A stretch of DNA of 64,000 nucleotides from positions 13,918 through 77,917 of IMG/VR virus record IMGVR_UViG_3300017747_002922. The stretch is one strand, 5' to 3'. Under the pieces are notes generated by a model that saw only the letters and a list, made by a program, of their open reading frames with translations, was not told the DNA's origin and did not search any database. Within the stretch, counting starts at the first letter, position 1. Each line of letters opens with the position of its first letter. The position numbers and the translations under genes were made by a program. Origin of the DNA: a virus. Lineage: Duplodnaviria; Caudoviricetes. Positions 21,601 through 28,966 of this stretch are shown piece by piece.

Positions 21601-22528
21601 GTTCCAGCGCAACAATCAAAACCTGTTCTGGTGGACGCTCCTGAACCACCCGTCGCGCATCATGGTCCAACTGCGCGCGCTTCGGGGGGCGCAACAGGAG
21701 AACTTCGGCGAGGACGCGGAGTTGTTCGCGCCGACGTGGGGGGAGGGCCGGGTGCCGTTCCGGTTCCGCCCGGCGTTCGAGGCAGGGCACGCCGACCGCG
21801 CCACGCAAGGCGCCGTCACGCTGACGCCCCGGTTGTCGATCGCGGACGCCGTCGGGTTGTGGCAGTCGCTCCTTGGGGTGACGACCGAGCTTGACCCGTC
21901 CGCCGCCGGGGACCTCGCGTCGAAGCTGAACCCGTGGATCCAGTTGTCGTTCGTGATGTCGACGGGGCAGGACATTCACTGGCAGCGGTCGATCGAGGGG
22001 TTCAACACGATCCCCAACTGGTTCGTCGAGATGGACGAGAACCTGACCGGCGGGATGGTCGTCAACGACCTCTTCGGCAAGATCCCCGCGCAGTACCGCA
22101 ACCCGTCGCAGGAGGGTTACCCGGGCGCCCCGCAGTGGATCGTCAAGCCCGACGGCCCGCACTCCCGCGCGTGGTGGGTGTTCCGGCAGATGACGATGGG
22201 CGGGGCCATGCTCGACACGATCACCGCCATGCAGCGCGCGGACTTCGGCGACACGCTGATTGAGGGCGGCATCGTGCAGAAGGGCGTCGACCTGTCGCGG
22301 GAGGTCGCACGGGCAGACGGGCGCGAACCCCTGCGCAACGAGCCCGACACCGAGATGGCGCGGTCAGGGTTGACCGAAGCGGAGGAACTCGGGTCGTGGC
22401 TCGGGTTCAAACCGGTTCAGGTGCTCGACCGGGACCAGGCCCTCGCGCCCCTCATTCAGCGTCGCGAGTCCGAGCAGAACGCGAAGATGCGCACCCTCAA
22501 GAAAGAGGGCGAGCGGACCTACCACTAA
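12677..22528 (+). CDS. Giant polyvalent ejection protein (3283 aa) with zincin metallopeptidase domain(s)
   Basis: HEAAH...EFVAEAYSN (near 17576), LHEGTH (near 18554), a glycosylase-like segment (15170-16330) and a C-terminal AFDY...FYSF motif typical of large ejection proteins. Confidence 0.8.
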   Translation: MGKYLDAVRASREAVNAVPVAEVPPPAEPVRVDDSAPAPSYLERVRASRENVGDRAPTVRVDALKEDLARGGALLATATRAERKREGASDEEADAAAKAITDTALVLGDNADSGRVREALAARVGVDTLDKAMTRAFGQRIMEVPLAAPTTIERQARLREQERENRSVEKGLAAAWNGEGTGERQAEEGEIRPWVEAVDRLGWNSGEDVLTSVFSGGLVPAYKLITNAPEIVKGYATDKDVQKLTGMAGSAMSAGVAPLLSGGEDPFSRTIRAMAVSSGLPDVTAEGMDALGFDSYSVSEFADNVHAKPEFDAAAYDLVTKGDRAAFEAVPFNKLPEMAKGELVDAERVREAIRNGTPGFEGLAGMEGLRDDVLSTQASFLPVSVIRSIQPDAVPDDLRIKDVFAKREAAKPWRGDDMGMSAARLMNSALLRPAGDGKTLMVAPGRFQELLRFANAVPAALMNVDAGTDTPVLNLPLALPRAALYAAEAMGVPGAENVRGKVEAFKVPTTAGVESMIQSGEYDDLLESMGFFTSDTYANRYDPESTWLSRTLTEIANPDAAGQYLGDTYERLGGDPESTTARVLGTADLAVNVLMPAEELALLPIAKATAATNRARRAANAARELGLNGKAARKAAKEAVFVGSDPRQAVADSLTRASIEGIRDGTLNPAKVPLATKKAIESVLRAAGMPEDLLTVEKGRPHAKIWDDLADRRARILETAADFETIGGPATQKLRASPEYRAVADQLDVFTRTRSMTPDEEAAVAADVAAGRVPKMTGNLSMRDRDLVLRFLEAAAFRAADDGVVKSPEEYFARHSWEVGKEGEALPAGTLNQTTTVRSGEESMKKYGLEPGKKYTNRQVAEALEKRQRAKYGSIAAEDRSPEARAKIAKWIRDEVLFSINNPKKSGVGWYSTEFQKALDTVGERFPELLDDQDARDLMTVLFAITSDGKSVPDNLKQALDLYEARKVTGSFTEMGHSSYRDALSDNLATLQDLYESRTPAEVRQYLMEEITVADYNKAMRAAGKPDEVIDTYQGHVRIPRAAAVLGAKLGAFYANLMGAEGYLTMDRWWSRSFNRYRGTLLSHATETGKARVKEMLGNPDMSDADLMTAIKPIVKAYDKSGFKDKTPLNVAANTVWKNANELEDSPFGAPDRTFMIDTVREAQRLLRQKGHAISAADIQAILWYYEKRLYGELGARNSLDAAYSDIARNVIDAYKRGVRPGTPDVGAPVARQGVDVAEGMERLDRVDPGGPTPDVGAEAFDGDAANALAALDDPDRLLSQESGVTRGSIERVSPERAAGTDYAKAEIARLVAEGSSEVAAAMKVRDALPRRIADMTERDLGIRDYFTGGPTKARTAPRRPARPDPLADPAVVAAQRELDAATAARQAIAAEALARGEKPWSFPPSPEMRAADDVVERAYTRHMLALDRAKSVLRSEEGGVVRGTIERVPSDAPARVLPSQYGVTPEDLNQTSKGIPYLSITVQDVDTDGISMELMSADGRATPMRVRPDAVDAEFGERVGTHIRDAVRRFERTGDNVEIHPEGELISRLFTNPDGAPDHVDVRTMLKAVVDIADETDDILAAELARNLLDNADSDLFARTSVELVPYDGENVGAYYDGMVTLTRDVGPRVALHEAAHAATYRILHADPATLSEAGRTAVRRLNELYDEVKASGRIPKAEYGFTNIDEFVAEAYSNDEFQSWLRSVPVAGSSRSLWDAFVETISEWLGLSSSDAFAHVMANTQIVIRERPSGATATPSAPLFSRKGDTIRGAISPDARTVTVDNPEYAAWVAREAALSAEVDALRDAPAAVGAEVPNPAYPDAVKQVQATDAEIRDIKQQASRAFGVNPAWTAWEAEIPRLANDPEALGRHMAAQPPKSAQHVNNALIAQKEADLAALRANIPPKTLTQPAPVDPAIAAREADLAATRAAEPPRTVTKPDDVSRWLLKLFRTGDVKTALHEGTHLLDLMMGEEWTRKAMEALGYDPTGPITTEVRERIAEAGTRALRGTLRPGTVLGNVMEDLRDTVGDVWRRVKREPAVTTPAFRKLWDKTFAPDDAEMMVAAHLVDQHGTGPLGRVVTTSGNVAEEIREGAQRAAGQAENAANVMRANQEVRQALGLTNDMDTIAVGDLLGRALAYTATTHALRGWGFGDLEGLTARTAVPAVRAKRIRNEVAAYRKAVLGGKDAPVPTLVDGREVFMLNRDQQAGVRRMLADLANEPVSVDLPERLQDPRADLSQITREEWANIADRQLEVRAGAGAWRDRLAERAAVSAGVRFGQMAMDAARNQQSAVSAEANALRDAFVTTIAADEYLNPATREVLKSVAREIGESGSRVKNAVIKAMNGGEKAWAEAFKDVAAALPPEVVPVEELRTLRRVEPLATADTFEQVATGAPEIQRLFTNAPLGDTEQTVQEWAGLTVIDRVNWRVREDGMDFTAAISDAGYTLDEVNDAMARVQEGIKRRVAVFDNRASEIMHAFAGSDDAQVFAGMDPARLAAAKYRAYESWYTGDWADNLLLNTELGQAARGPVYDQGMAVLNVLTRLEAAKVRASLARRLADVGVVADPTSFLRGGVRLDRPYVFGSAANDVEAITGEAYKQDVMHYLAAFTGWKVTSTNRLPTMETEGVFVPGTGMRAASGSVNKAAASDALRMIQSWGMKMGKGSEWETITLPDGGQIVMPTMFREPIEKALADSAPLGGAFTSGPPKLGNIVPGTDEPIAAHYRAVNAALTMLGTAYQYSFGMLKTGLTTGMGPLIRPAFFMGQFIGGMGQLYQGVGAIKALEIMARPLLPTAEGRMTRAVIARMWNNGAGLTGTGAMMPAELGRFDVVGRWHSDQSLASGASRAGLNSSLVKTEFAQSIAEDIKAAEPTLWNRLMDSPKLKAAAGAVIGGAVAGLGGAVVGAGAFASLSRTWQDFFREAATGIDNYYRVSTYIGEVLRGVPEEQAAELARRVAFDYNNVTEFEKNYLRKGVLFYSFQRNNQNLFWWTLLNHPSRIMVQLRALRGAQQENFGEDAELFAPTWGEGRVPFRFRPAFEAGHADRATQGAVTLTPRLSIADAVGLWQSLLGVTTELDPSAAGDLASKLNPWIQLSFVMSTGQDIHWQRSIEGFNTIPNWFVEMDENLTGGMVVNDLFGKIPAQYRNPSQEGYPGAPQWIVKPDGPHSRAWWVFRQMTMGGAMLDTITAMQRADFGDTLIEGGIVQKGVDLSREVARADGREPLRNEPDTEMARSGLTEAEELGSWLGFKPVQVLDRDQALAPLIQRRESEQNAKMRTLKKEGERTYH

Positions 22529-22767
22529 GGCCCGCGGTCCAGTGGGTCGGGCCGGTCGCCGAAGACGATCCAGTCCGGGGCGAAGGCGTAGACGCGCGAC
22601 AAACGCACGAGCCATTCCGCCGTAAGCCGCTTGTCGGTCGTCTCCAGTTGCCCGATCCAACGCCGGCTAACCCCGAAGCGCGCGGCGACCTGCGATTGCG
22701 TCAGGCCCGACCGTTCGCGTGCTTGGCGTAGGCGGGTGGCGATCGTGACGGGTTGGTCAGGAACCAT
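22525..22767 (-). CDS. XRE-family HTH regulator
   Basis: RLRQARERSGLTQSQVAARFGVSRRWIGQLE...PDWIVFG. Confidence 0.85.
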   Translation of the reverse strand: MVPDQPVTIATRLRQARERSGLTQSQVAARFGVSRRWIGQLETTDKRLTAEWLVRLSRVYAFAPDWIVFGDRPDPLDRGP

Positions 22768-22844
22768 AGTCGGTTCCCTAACCCCAGCGGGCCCGGTCGC
22801 GCCAACGGGCCAACGGGTACAACTGCCGAGTCAGGAGATTTCAC

Positions 22845-23753
22845 ATGTCGTTCGGCCAAGGTCAGATCACCGACTGGACCATTCGCTTCGAGTCCAATGC
22901 CGCCGCCGCCCCGTACGGGGTCGGGCCGCAGGGCATCGCCAACCGCGATGACAGTGTCTCCGTCAAGTTCACGTCCACAGGCATGACCTTCACCGGCGCC
23001 GTGACGTTTGCGGCGGCCGGGGCCATCGCGGGCGCTGCGGGCGCGGCGGGTTCCGGCACCACCAACGGCAGCGCAGGGTCCGCCCTCACCTTCACGGGCG
23101 GCGCGGGTGGGGCCAAGACTGGCACCGGCACGGCGAACGGCGGTGCGGGTGCCTCGTCCACGAACATCGGCGGCGCGGGTGGGGCCACGGCCGCAACCGC
23201 AGGCACAGCGGTCGGCGGGGCGGGCGGCAACGCGGGCCTCACGGGCGGTGTCGGTGGCGCGGCCACGGCGGGCACCGCAAACGGCGGGGCGGGCGGGTCG
23301 ATCCCCCTCCAGCCCGGCCCGGGTGGGGCCTCGGCCGGCGGCATCGCGGGGCAGGCGGGTGTCGTCTACGTCGCCGGCACCGCACCGATGCCGTTCCTCC
23401 AGAACCAGGCCATCGCCGCCCTCGCGGACACCGACGCGACCGTCACGGCGGCCGATGTCCGAAGCGGCATCTGGACCGTGGCGACTGGCGCGACGAACCG
23501 AACCAAGACCACCCCGGCGGCGTCGGCCCTGATCTCGACGTTCCCCGGCATTCAGGTCGGCAGCGTGATCGAACTCACGATCTGCAACCTGAAGGCCGCC
23601 AACACCGTCACCCTCGGCCTCGGCGCGGGCGTCACGGCGGCCGGCGGCACGAACCTCGTGGTCGCGGCGGCGGCGGCGGTCATCTTCAAACTCGTCGCTA
23701 CGAACGTCGGGACCGGCACCGAAGCGTTCACGGTCGTTCGCGCCGCGGGGTAG
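22845..23753 (+). CDS. Gly-rich fibre/decoration protein
   Basis: AGGAG RBS; about 130-aa GxGG-rich central region and a beta-rich C-terminal domain. Confidence 0.55.
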   Translation: MSFGQGQITDWTIRFESNAAAAPYGVGPQGIANRDDSVSVKFTSTGMTFTGAVTFAAAGAIAGAAGAAGSGTTNGSAGSALTFTGGAGGAKTGTGTANGGAGASSTNIGGAGGATAATAGTAVGGAGGNAGLTGGVGGAATAGTANGGAGGSIPLQPGPGGASAGGIAGQAGVVYVAGTAPMPFLQNQAIAALADTDATVTAADVRSGIWTVATGATNRTKTTPAASALISTFPGIQVGSVIELTICNLKAANTVTLGLGAGVTAAGGTNLVVAAAAAVIFKLVATNVGTGTEAFTVVRAAG

Positions 23754-23784
23754 TCGGTTAGCCTCGGTTCAGGAGGAATCCGCC

Positions 23785-23976
23785 ATGCCCGTCAAGTTCA
23801 CCGTAGCCGCCGAGATTCACGAGGACGGGTCGTACCGTTGGAGTGCCGAAAGCCCCGACGGTTCGCCCGTCAATCTCCTCGACGTCGTGTCGTTCTTCAA
23901 CCGCGCGCAGGGCGACGCGATCGGGCAGATGGTGGCGCCGCCTGCCGTCGAACCCGAACCGCCCAAGGAAGGGTAG
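23785..23976 (+). CDS. Hypothetical protein
   Basis: AGGAGG RBS, 63 aa. Confidence 0.6.
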   Translation: MPVKFTVAAEIHEDGSYRWSAESPDGSPVNLLDVVSFFNRAQGDAIGQMVAPPAVEPEPPKEG

Positions 23977-24423
23977 ATGGCGACTTCATACGTCACCAAC
24001 GCAGTCGAGAAAACCGGCGTCACGACAACGTTCGTGGTGGTCCCGTTGCTCGTCCTCGCGACCGAAGGGGCTACGGTCCCCGCGGTCCCGCAGGCCGGAT
24101 GGATGGACAACCTCGAACTGAACTACACGGTCACGGCGGGTGGGCCCCCGACTGTCGTGAGCGCGTACCTGACGTGGGACGTGACGGGCGACATCCCCCT
24201 CACCACCGTCGGTACCATGACCCCCGTGGCGGGTCAGACGGTGAACAAGTACGGGGGGGCGATCACGATCGGCAAGTGGTACCGGCGCCCGCAGTTGCTC
24301 GCGACCGACCTCACGTCGACCTGTACGATCTACCTCTGGGTCAAGGTCGACGCCGGGACGGTCACCTTCCCGGTTGACGGCGCGCGCCTCGTCTGCACCA
24401 CCGACTACTCCAACCAGTCGTAG
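23977..24423 (+). CDS. Putative virion beta-sandwich protein
   Basis: Thr/Val-rich 148 aa, coupled to the previous gene. Confidence 0.55.
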   Translation: MATSYVTNAVEKTGVTTTFVVVPLLVLATEGATVPAVPQAGWMDNLELNYTVTAGGPPTVVSAYLTWDVTGDIPLTTVGTMTPVAGQTVNKYGGAITIGKWYRRPQLLATDLTSTCTIYLWVKVDAGTVTFPVDGARLVCTTDYSNQS

Positions 24424-24431
24424 GAGGTTTC

Positions 24432-25004
24432 GTGCCGGACATGATGGGCCGACTGACCGCCAACGCCGTAAGCGCAACGGCGCGTGCGGTGTCGTCGTAC
24501 AACCAGCGCGTGCTCCGGTCCCCGGCGACGCCCGGGATCGGGAACATCCTCACGACGAGCGGCACAGCCTACTGGCTGTACGTGGGCACGCTCACGCAGG
24601 ACACGACGTACGCGCGGATCCGCTACTTCGTCGCGACGGCGGCGGGCGGCACGCAGACGGCCGAGTTCGCCATCGCATCATCCCCTCTCCCGCCGTGTGG
24701 TGCGGCACAGGTGTTGACGAAGCTCGGAGCGACCGGAAGCGTCACGGACCTCACCGGGACCAACAACCAGAACACGCCGCTCGCGATCACGATCCCCGCC
24801 GGGACGAACGTGTGGATCGGGTTCCGCTCGGCGATGGGCACCACGCAGCCGACGTTCCGGGGGTTGAGCTACGACCTTGCGGACGGGTCCGTGTTGCGGA
24901 CGGCGGCCTCTGGCGCGCTCACGGGTTCGGGACCCTGGACGGGATCCGTTGTCGCCGGATCTACCGGGACGACCACCCCCGACTTCGCCTTGTGCATGGA
25001 CTGA
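24432..25004 (+). CDS. Putative fibre/virion protein
   Basis: AGGAGG RBS, GTG start, Thr/Gly-rich beta protein. Confidence 0.55.
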   Translation: MPDMMGRLTANAVSATARAVSSYNQRVLRSPATPGIGNILTTSGTAYWLYVGTLTQDTTYARIRYFVATAAGGTQTAEFAIASSPLPPCGAAQVLTKLGATGSVTDLTGTNNQNTPLAITIPAGTNVWIGFRSAMGTTQPTFRGLSYDLADGSVLRTAASGALTGSGPWTGSVVAGSTGTTTPDFALCMD

Positions 25005-25005
25005 C

Positions 25006-25665
25006 ATGGTCACTCCCTCCCCATCGCGCACCATCCTGAAAGCGGGCGACTCCCTCACGGATGGCTTCGGGTCTACGGACGGCAACGGCTGGCGTGCGGC
25101 CGTCATGGCTTCGATCCCCCGGTGGTTGGAGGTCGGCCTCGTCCCCCTCGGAAGCTCGGCAACAAGCGGCGGCGGCGCGACGGGGTGGCAGGACTACATG
25201 TCGGGCGTGTCGGGTGCCGAGACGCCCGTGATCCTCGCCGCCCTGACCATAGACGTGCCCCTGTTCAAGCCGGACGTAGTGACGATCTACGCCGGGACCA
25301 ACGACTCCAACCACCGGGTATCCGGGTTCGGGACGCCGCCCACGCTCGCGGAAACGGTCGCCAACATCGGCGCGATGATCACGCTCTGCCAAAACAACTT
25401 CGCAGAGGTCGTGCTCATCTGCCCGTTGTCGCCGAACGTTGACCCAACGTACGACGCTGCGATTCAGGTGCAGGACGCCGCCGTACTCGCGATGGTCGCG
25501 ACGCACCCGTGGGCCGCACACGTTCAACTTGTCGACGGTCGCACGCCGATCACGAACATCGCGTCGTGGCAGGTCGCCGCGATGGCCGACAACACCCACA
25601 TGAACGACACGGGGTATGCGGCCATCGCAGTCCCGATCTCGGCCGGTATTGCCGCCGCCCTCTGA
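25006..25665 (+). CDS. SGNH/GDSL hydrolase (esterase/deacetylase)
   Basis: Blocks AGDSLTDG, GVSG, YAGTND and DNTHMN. ATG at 25006. Confidence 0.85.
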   Translation: MVTPSPSRTILKAGDSLTDGFGSTDGNGWRAAVMASIPRWLEVGLVPLGSSATSGGGATGWQDYMSGVSGAETPVILAALTIDVPLFKPDVVTIYAGTNDSNHRVSGFGTPPTLAETVANIGAMITLCQNNFAEVVLICPLSPNVDPTYDAAIQVQDAAVLAMVATHPWAAHVQLVDGRTPITNIASWQVAAMADNTHMNDTGYAAIAVPISAGIAAAL

Positions 25666-25675
25666 CGGAGTTCCG

Positions 25676-26110
25676 ATGCCTGCTGTTGAGACGCACATGC
25701 CCCCCACCAAGACCGAACGCCCACGCGTGAACCGCGCGACGCTGGACCCCACCGTCGCCGCACTCCTCGAAGCGCAGGACGACACGCGCGACATGATCCG
25801 GCAGGAGATCGTGGCCGTCCGCGTCGAGATCGGCGGATTCAAGAAGATCGGGTGGGCGCTGCTCGGCGGGTTCTTCGTCCTCCAGGTCGTCCAGATCGTC
25901 ATCTTCGCCCAACTCCTCGGCGTGGACGTGCGCGAGACGGCGGCAGCGACCCGCGAGATCGTGAGCGCGACCACGAGCACCACCGTCGGCACGGACGCGG
26001 CTGGCGAGCCCACCACGACCGTGACGACCACGACCCCCGCCGCACCCCCACCCGCCGCGACGGACGCGCCAGAAGCGCAACCAGCGGCCCCCACGGACAC
26101 GGAGCACTGA
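25676..26110 (+). CDS. Single-TM membrane protein (holin- or spanin-like candidate)
   Basis: GGAG RBS; hydrophobic IGWALLGGFFVLQVVQIVIFAQLLGV; Thr/Pro-rich tail. Confidence 0.45.
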   Translation: MPAVETHMPPTKTERPRVNRATLDPTVAALLEAQDDTRDMIRQEIVAVRVEIGGFKKIGWALLGGFFVLQVVQIVIFAQLLGVDVRETAAATREIVSATTSTTVGTDAAGEPTTTVTTTTPAAPPPAATDAPEAQPAAPTDTEH

Positions 26111-26111
26111 C

Positions 26112-26447
26112 ATGGGCAACGGCGTACCTGACGCGGGCCACGAACTCGACTTCGAGCCAACCACGGGCGAACTTCGCGTGTCGCTCACCCTCCGCTCGCA
26201 CATCACCCTGACCCGCGCGCAGCACAACGACGTGCGTGCCGCTGGGTTGAACGCGGGCGGGATGTCCGACGTGTCCGCCGCCTACACCGCCATCAAGGCC
26301 GAGATCAACGACATCGAGGCGGGCCGTGGCGCGTGGCTCGACCACTACACGACCGGCATGAACGGCACGGAGACGGACAACATCCGGCGCGGCGTGGTGT
26401 GGCACTACGTGGCCCGGGGCGACATCCCGAGCCCTCCGCAGCCTTAG
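26112..26447 (+). CDS. Hypothetical protein, end of late operon
   Basis: High GC3 ORF coupled to the previous gene. Confidence 0.65.
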   Translation: MGNGVPDAGHELDFEPTTGELRVSLTLRSHITLTRAQHNDVRAAGLNAGGMSDVSAAYTAIKAEINDIEAGRGAWLDHYTTGMNGTETDNIRRGVVWHYVARGDIPSPPQP

Positions 26448-26752
26448 CCGACGACGCGGCGTAGCAGCCGCCGAACCCACGTCACCCGACCGACGACCAC
26501 CGGCGCGGGTGGCGGCGCGGGCGCCGATGCGACGACGCCCGGCAGGAGCGTCAGCCAGAGCACGTGCGCCTGACCGACGCGGCGCAACATCTCGCGCTGA
26601 ACGTCGATCGAGTGCCGGCACTCTTGCGGCGACATCGGGCGCGTCTCGGTGGCGGCGTGGACCCTGTCGAGCGCCTGCGCCTGGCCCTCGCACCACTGCG
26701 CGAGGTCCGTCGTGTTGGCGACGATAGCGGCAACGGCGGTATGCAAGTCCAT
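26444..26752 (-). CDS. Hypothetical protein
   Basis: ATG 6 nt downstream of the extended -10 TGCTACCGT (leaderless). Confidence 0.55.
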   Translation of the reverse strand: MDLHTAVAAIVANTTDLAQWCEGQAQALDRVHAATETRPMSPQECRHSIDVQREMLRRVGQAHVLWLTLLPGVVASAPAPPPAPVVVGRVTWVRRLLRRVVG

Positions 26753-26844
26753 GCGTTCACGGTAGCACGGGGGCGGACACGACGCGAACCGAGGCGAGGA
26801 CAAGCGCGATACAGCGCCGTTGCGTTACGACTCGGACCCCAACG

Positions 26845-26976
26845 TCAGCACCGCCAACCGCACGCGTAGGTCGTCAGGCCGAGTTGATCGCGCGTGTACC
26901 GGGGCCGCCGCTTGCGTTCGTCGAGGTCGTAGGCAGACCACTGCTTGCTCATCTTGCGGGCTTGGCGGCGGTTCAC
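26845..26976 (-). CDS. Small basic hypothetical protein (43 aa)
   Basis: GTGA-coupled to the upstream gene; MNRRQARK start. Below the ORF-track length cut-off. Confidence 0.4.
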   Translation of the reverse strand: MNRRQARKMSKQWSAYDLDERKRRPRYTRDQLGLTTYACGWRC

Positions 26977-27299
26977 GGACGTACCGGCAACGGCGCACCC
27001 GGCCGGAAGATGCGACCCGCCGCGTAACTGCTCATGTGCCCTTCCAGCCAGACCCGCGGTTCCTTCGACCCGCGACGGTCGCGCTTGTTCGGCGAGATCG
27101 CCCGCACGGTCGTCGCAAACGCGTTGCCGTAGTCGTCGACCACGACCACGTCGGTGCCCTCAACCAACGAGCGGATCCACACCTGACGGCGGTAGGGGAC
27201 GTCACGCCAGAGGGCCGACCGGTGCGGTTCACACGCGACGTCGAGGCGCACGGCGGGGGCCTCGAACTCGGCGTGTTCGCGGGCTTGGGCGGGGGTCAC
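26973..27299 (-). CDS. Hypothetical protein
   Basis: GGAGG RBS and GTG start overlapping the previous stop. Confidence 0.6.
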   Translation of the reverse strand: MTPAQAREHAEFEAPAVRLDVACEPHRSALWRDVPYRRQVWIRSLVEGTDVVVVDDYGNAFATTVRAISPNKRDRRGSKEPRVWLEGHMSSYAAGRIFRPGAPLPVRP

Positions 27300-27454
27300 G
27301 GGGTCACCTCCCACGACACCCACACAGACGGCAAGTCGTACCGGTCGCCCAGCCACCACCCGACGGCAAAGAGCGCGAGCATCGAGAAGACGATGATCGT
27401 ACCAACGAACCCGAAGATGCGGGCGAGTTCGCCCCCGATGTCGGAACCGTTCAC
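27296..27454 (-). CDS. Small membrane protein
   Basis: TM segment IFGFVGTIIVFSMLALFAVGWWLG; GGAGG RBS. Confidence 0.6.
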   Translation of the reverse strand: MNGSDIGGELARIFGFVGTIIVFSMLALFAVGWWLGDRYDLPSVWVSWEVTP

Positions 27455-27864
27455 GGGGTCACCTCCCGCCCGTCCGCCGAGAGCGCGACGACCTTGGATC
27501 CGGGGTGCCTGTCGGCGTAGGCGCGAGCGAATCGCAGGGCGGCCTCGTTCGTGTAGGTCGGCGAGATCCAATCCCGGAAGGAGTGGTCGACCCGTAGCAG
27601 CCGATCACACCCCATCGCCACCGGGGCGCCGCCGGACACGAGGAGCAACCCGGTCGCCTCACGCCACCGCTTGCGCGCCGAGCAGGCGTTGCACACGGGG
27701 GCGCCGACCGGTTCGCGGTCGCCTACGGTCCACCACAACCCGTGTGCGATGTCGTTGCACGCGAACCCCTCGGCTTGCGGCACCCGTCCCCCGCCCGCTT
27801 CGTCCGCGAGTAGGGTGGCGTCGCCATTCGGGGGAATCAGGATGAGGGTGTGGAGGTCAGACAT
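27451..27864 (-). CDS. Hypothetical protein (CxxC)
   Basis: Coupled gene chain; GAGG RBS. Confidence 0.6.
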   Translation of the reverse strand: MSDLHTLILIPPNGDATLLADEAGGGRVPQAEGFACNDIAHGLWWTVGDREPVGAPVCNACSARKRWREATGLLLVSGGAPVAMGCDRLLRVDHSFRDWISPTYTNEAALRFARAYADRHPGSKVVALSADGREVTP

Positions 27865-28123
27865 CGGACACCTCGAACGTCGGCGCCGCGGACCAGAGGT
27901 TGCTCGTCCCCGGCGGCAGCGCGAGGGCCATCCCGTCGGGCAGGTACTCCTCCCGGATCACGGTGGTCGCCATGGATGTCGGCGCGCCAAAGTGGACGAT
28001 CAGCGCGTCGGCGGCGTCGGCGGCCAGCGCGATCGTCGGGTAGCCGTGGTGTGCGGCCTCGGCGACGAACGCGAGGATGGTCGGGACATCGGTGCCGACG
28101 TTGCGGCGGACGGGGGGTTTCAT
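27857..28123 (-). CDS. Hypothetical protein
   Basis: Coupled gene chain; GGAG RBS. Confidence 0.6.
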   Translation of the reverse strand: MKPPVRRNVGTDVPTILAFVAEAAHHGYPTIALAADAADALIVHFGAPTSMATTVIREEYLPDGMALALPPGTSNLWSAAPTFEVSDV

Positions 28124-28398
28124 TGGGGGTCATCTCCAGAGGTTGAGGCGCCCGCCTTGGACACTTCCCGCCGCAACGCCCGCAACGTGCGGATCACGCG
28201 CTCGGTGCCGACGGGGTGGCGCAAGAGGTGGTCGTACGCGCCGACGATCTCGCGGAGGGCGAAGAAGTCGGCGCTGGTGATGGTGAACGGGCCTTTGTCG
28301 TCGAGACTCATGGGGCCGCCGATGCGCTCGATCGCCTCGTGCCCGGTGTTGGGGTGCGGCCACGAGCAGCCGGGGGTTGGGTGTAGGCGGGGGATCAT
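28120..28398 (-). CDS. Hypothetical protein
   Basis: ATGA overlaps at both ends. Confidence 0.5.
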   Translation of the reverse strand: MIPRLHPTPGCSWPHPNTGHEAIERIGGPMSLDDKGPFTITSADFFALREIVGAYDHLLRHPVGTERVIRTLRALRREVSKAGASTSGDDPQ

Positions 28399-28691
28399 GG
28401 CTTTACCGCCGGAATCGTGACCGCCCGGATCGCCTCGACCCCGACGCCAGACCAGCGATCGGCGGCGAGGATGGCGGCGCGCATCTCCTCCGCGCCTTCG
28501 CGGCGGCCTTGCTCGCGCGCGGTCGCGATCTCGGCGAGCATCCCGGCACGCACACCTTGCTCGCGGGCGTCGGCGAGGGCGCGGGCGATGGTGTCGATCA
28601 GCGGGTAGCCTTGCCACATGCCGAGTCGATCCGCGAAGTCCTCTACGATGTCGCGCGCGGTAGCCTTGTCGGCGTCGGTGGGGTCACTCAT
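28395..28691 (-). CDS. Hypothetical protein
   Basis: Helical 98 aa; coupled chain. Confidence 0.6.
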   Translation of the reverse strand: MSDPTDADKATARDIVEDFADRLGMWQGYPLIDTIARALADAREQGVRAGMLAEIATAREQGRREGAEEMRAAILAADRWSGVGVEAIRAVTIPAVKP

Positions 28692-28920
28692 GGCCGGGAT
28701 CCTTCCGCGGGCGAGCGTGCATGTTGTCGGCGCACTGACCGTGACCGGGCAACTGGAGGTCCGGCACCCAAAGCGCGCACCGACATCCGATGCACGGGAG
28801 CGACATCTCCGCGAGTTCGTTCCGGTTGTACGCCTGAACGCCGGCCGACACCACCGCCCGACCCGTGATCATGGCGGCGGTGAAGCGGTGGCAGATGGGG
28901 GGCTTGTCGGGTTCGCTCAT
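28684..28920 (-). CDS. Cys-rich hypothetical protein
   Basis: CIGCRCALW motif; GAGGT RBS downstream of the 28938-28966 promoter. Confidence 0.55.
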   Translation of the reverse strand: MSEPDKPPICHRFTAAMITGRAVVSAGVQAYNRNELAEMSLPCIGCRCALWVPDLQLPGHGQCADNMHARPRKDPGHE

Positions 28921-28937
28921 CTCTACCTCACGCCCCA

Positions 28938-28966
28938 CCATTACTACACCGTCCCCACCACGTCAA
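28938..28966 (-). promoter_or_regulatory. Sigma70-like promoter, class A
   Basis: TTGACG-N17-TAATGG; spacer ends in GTGTAG. Confidence 0.65.
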
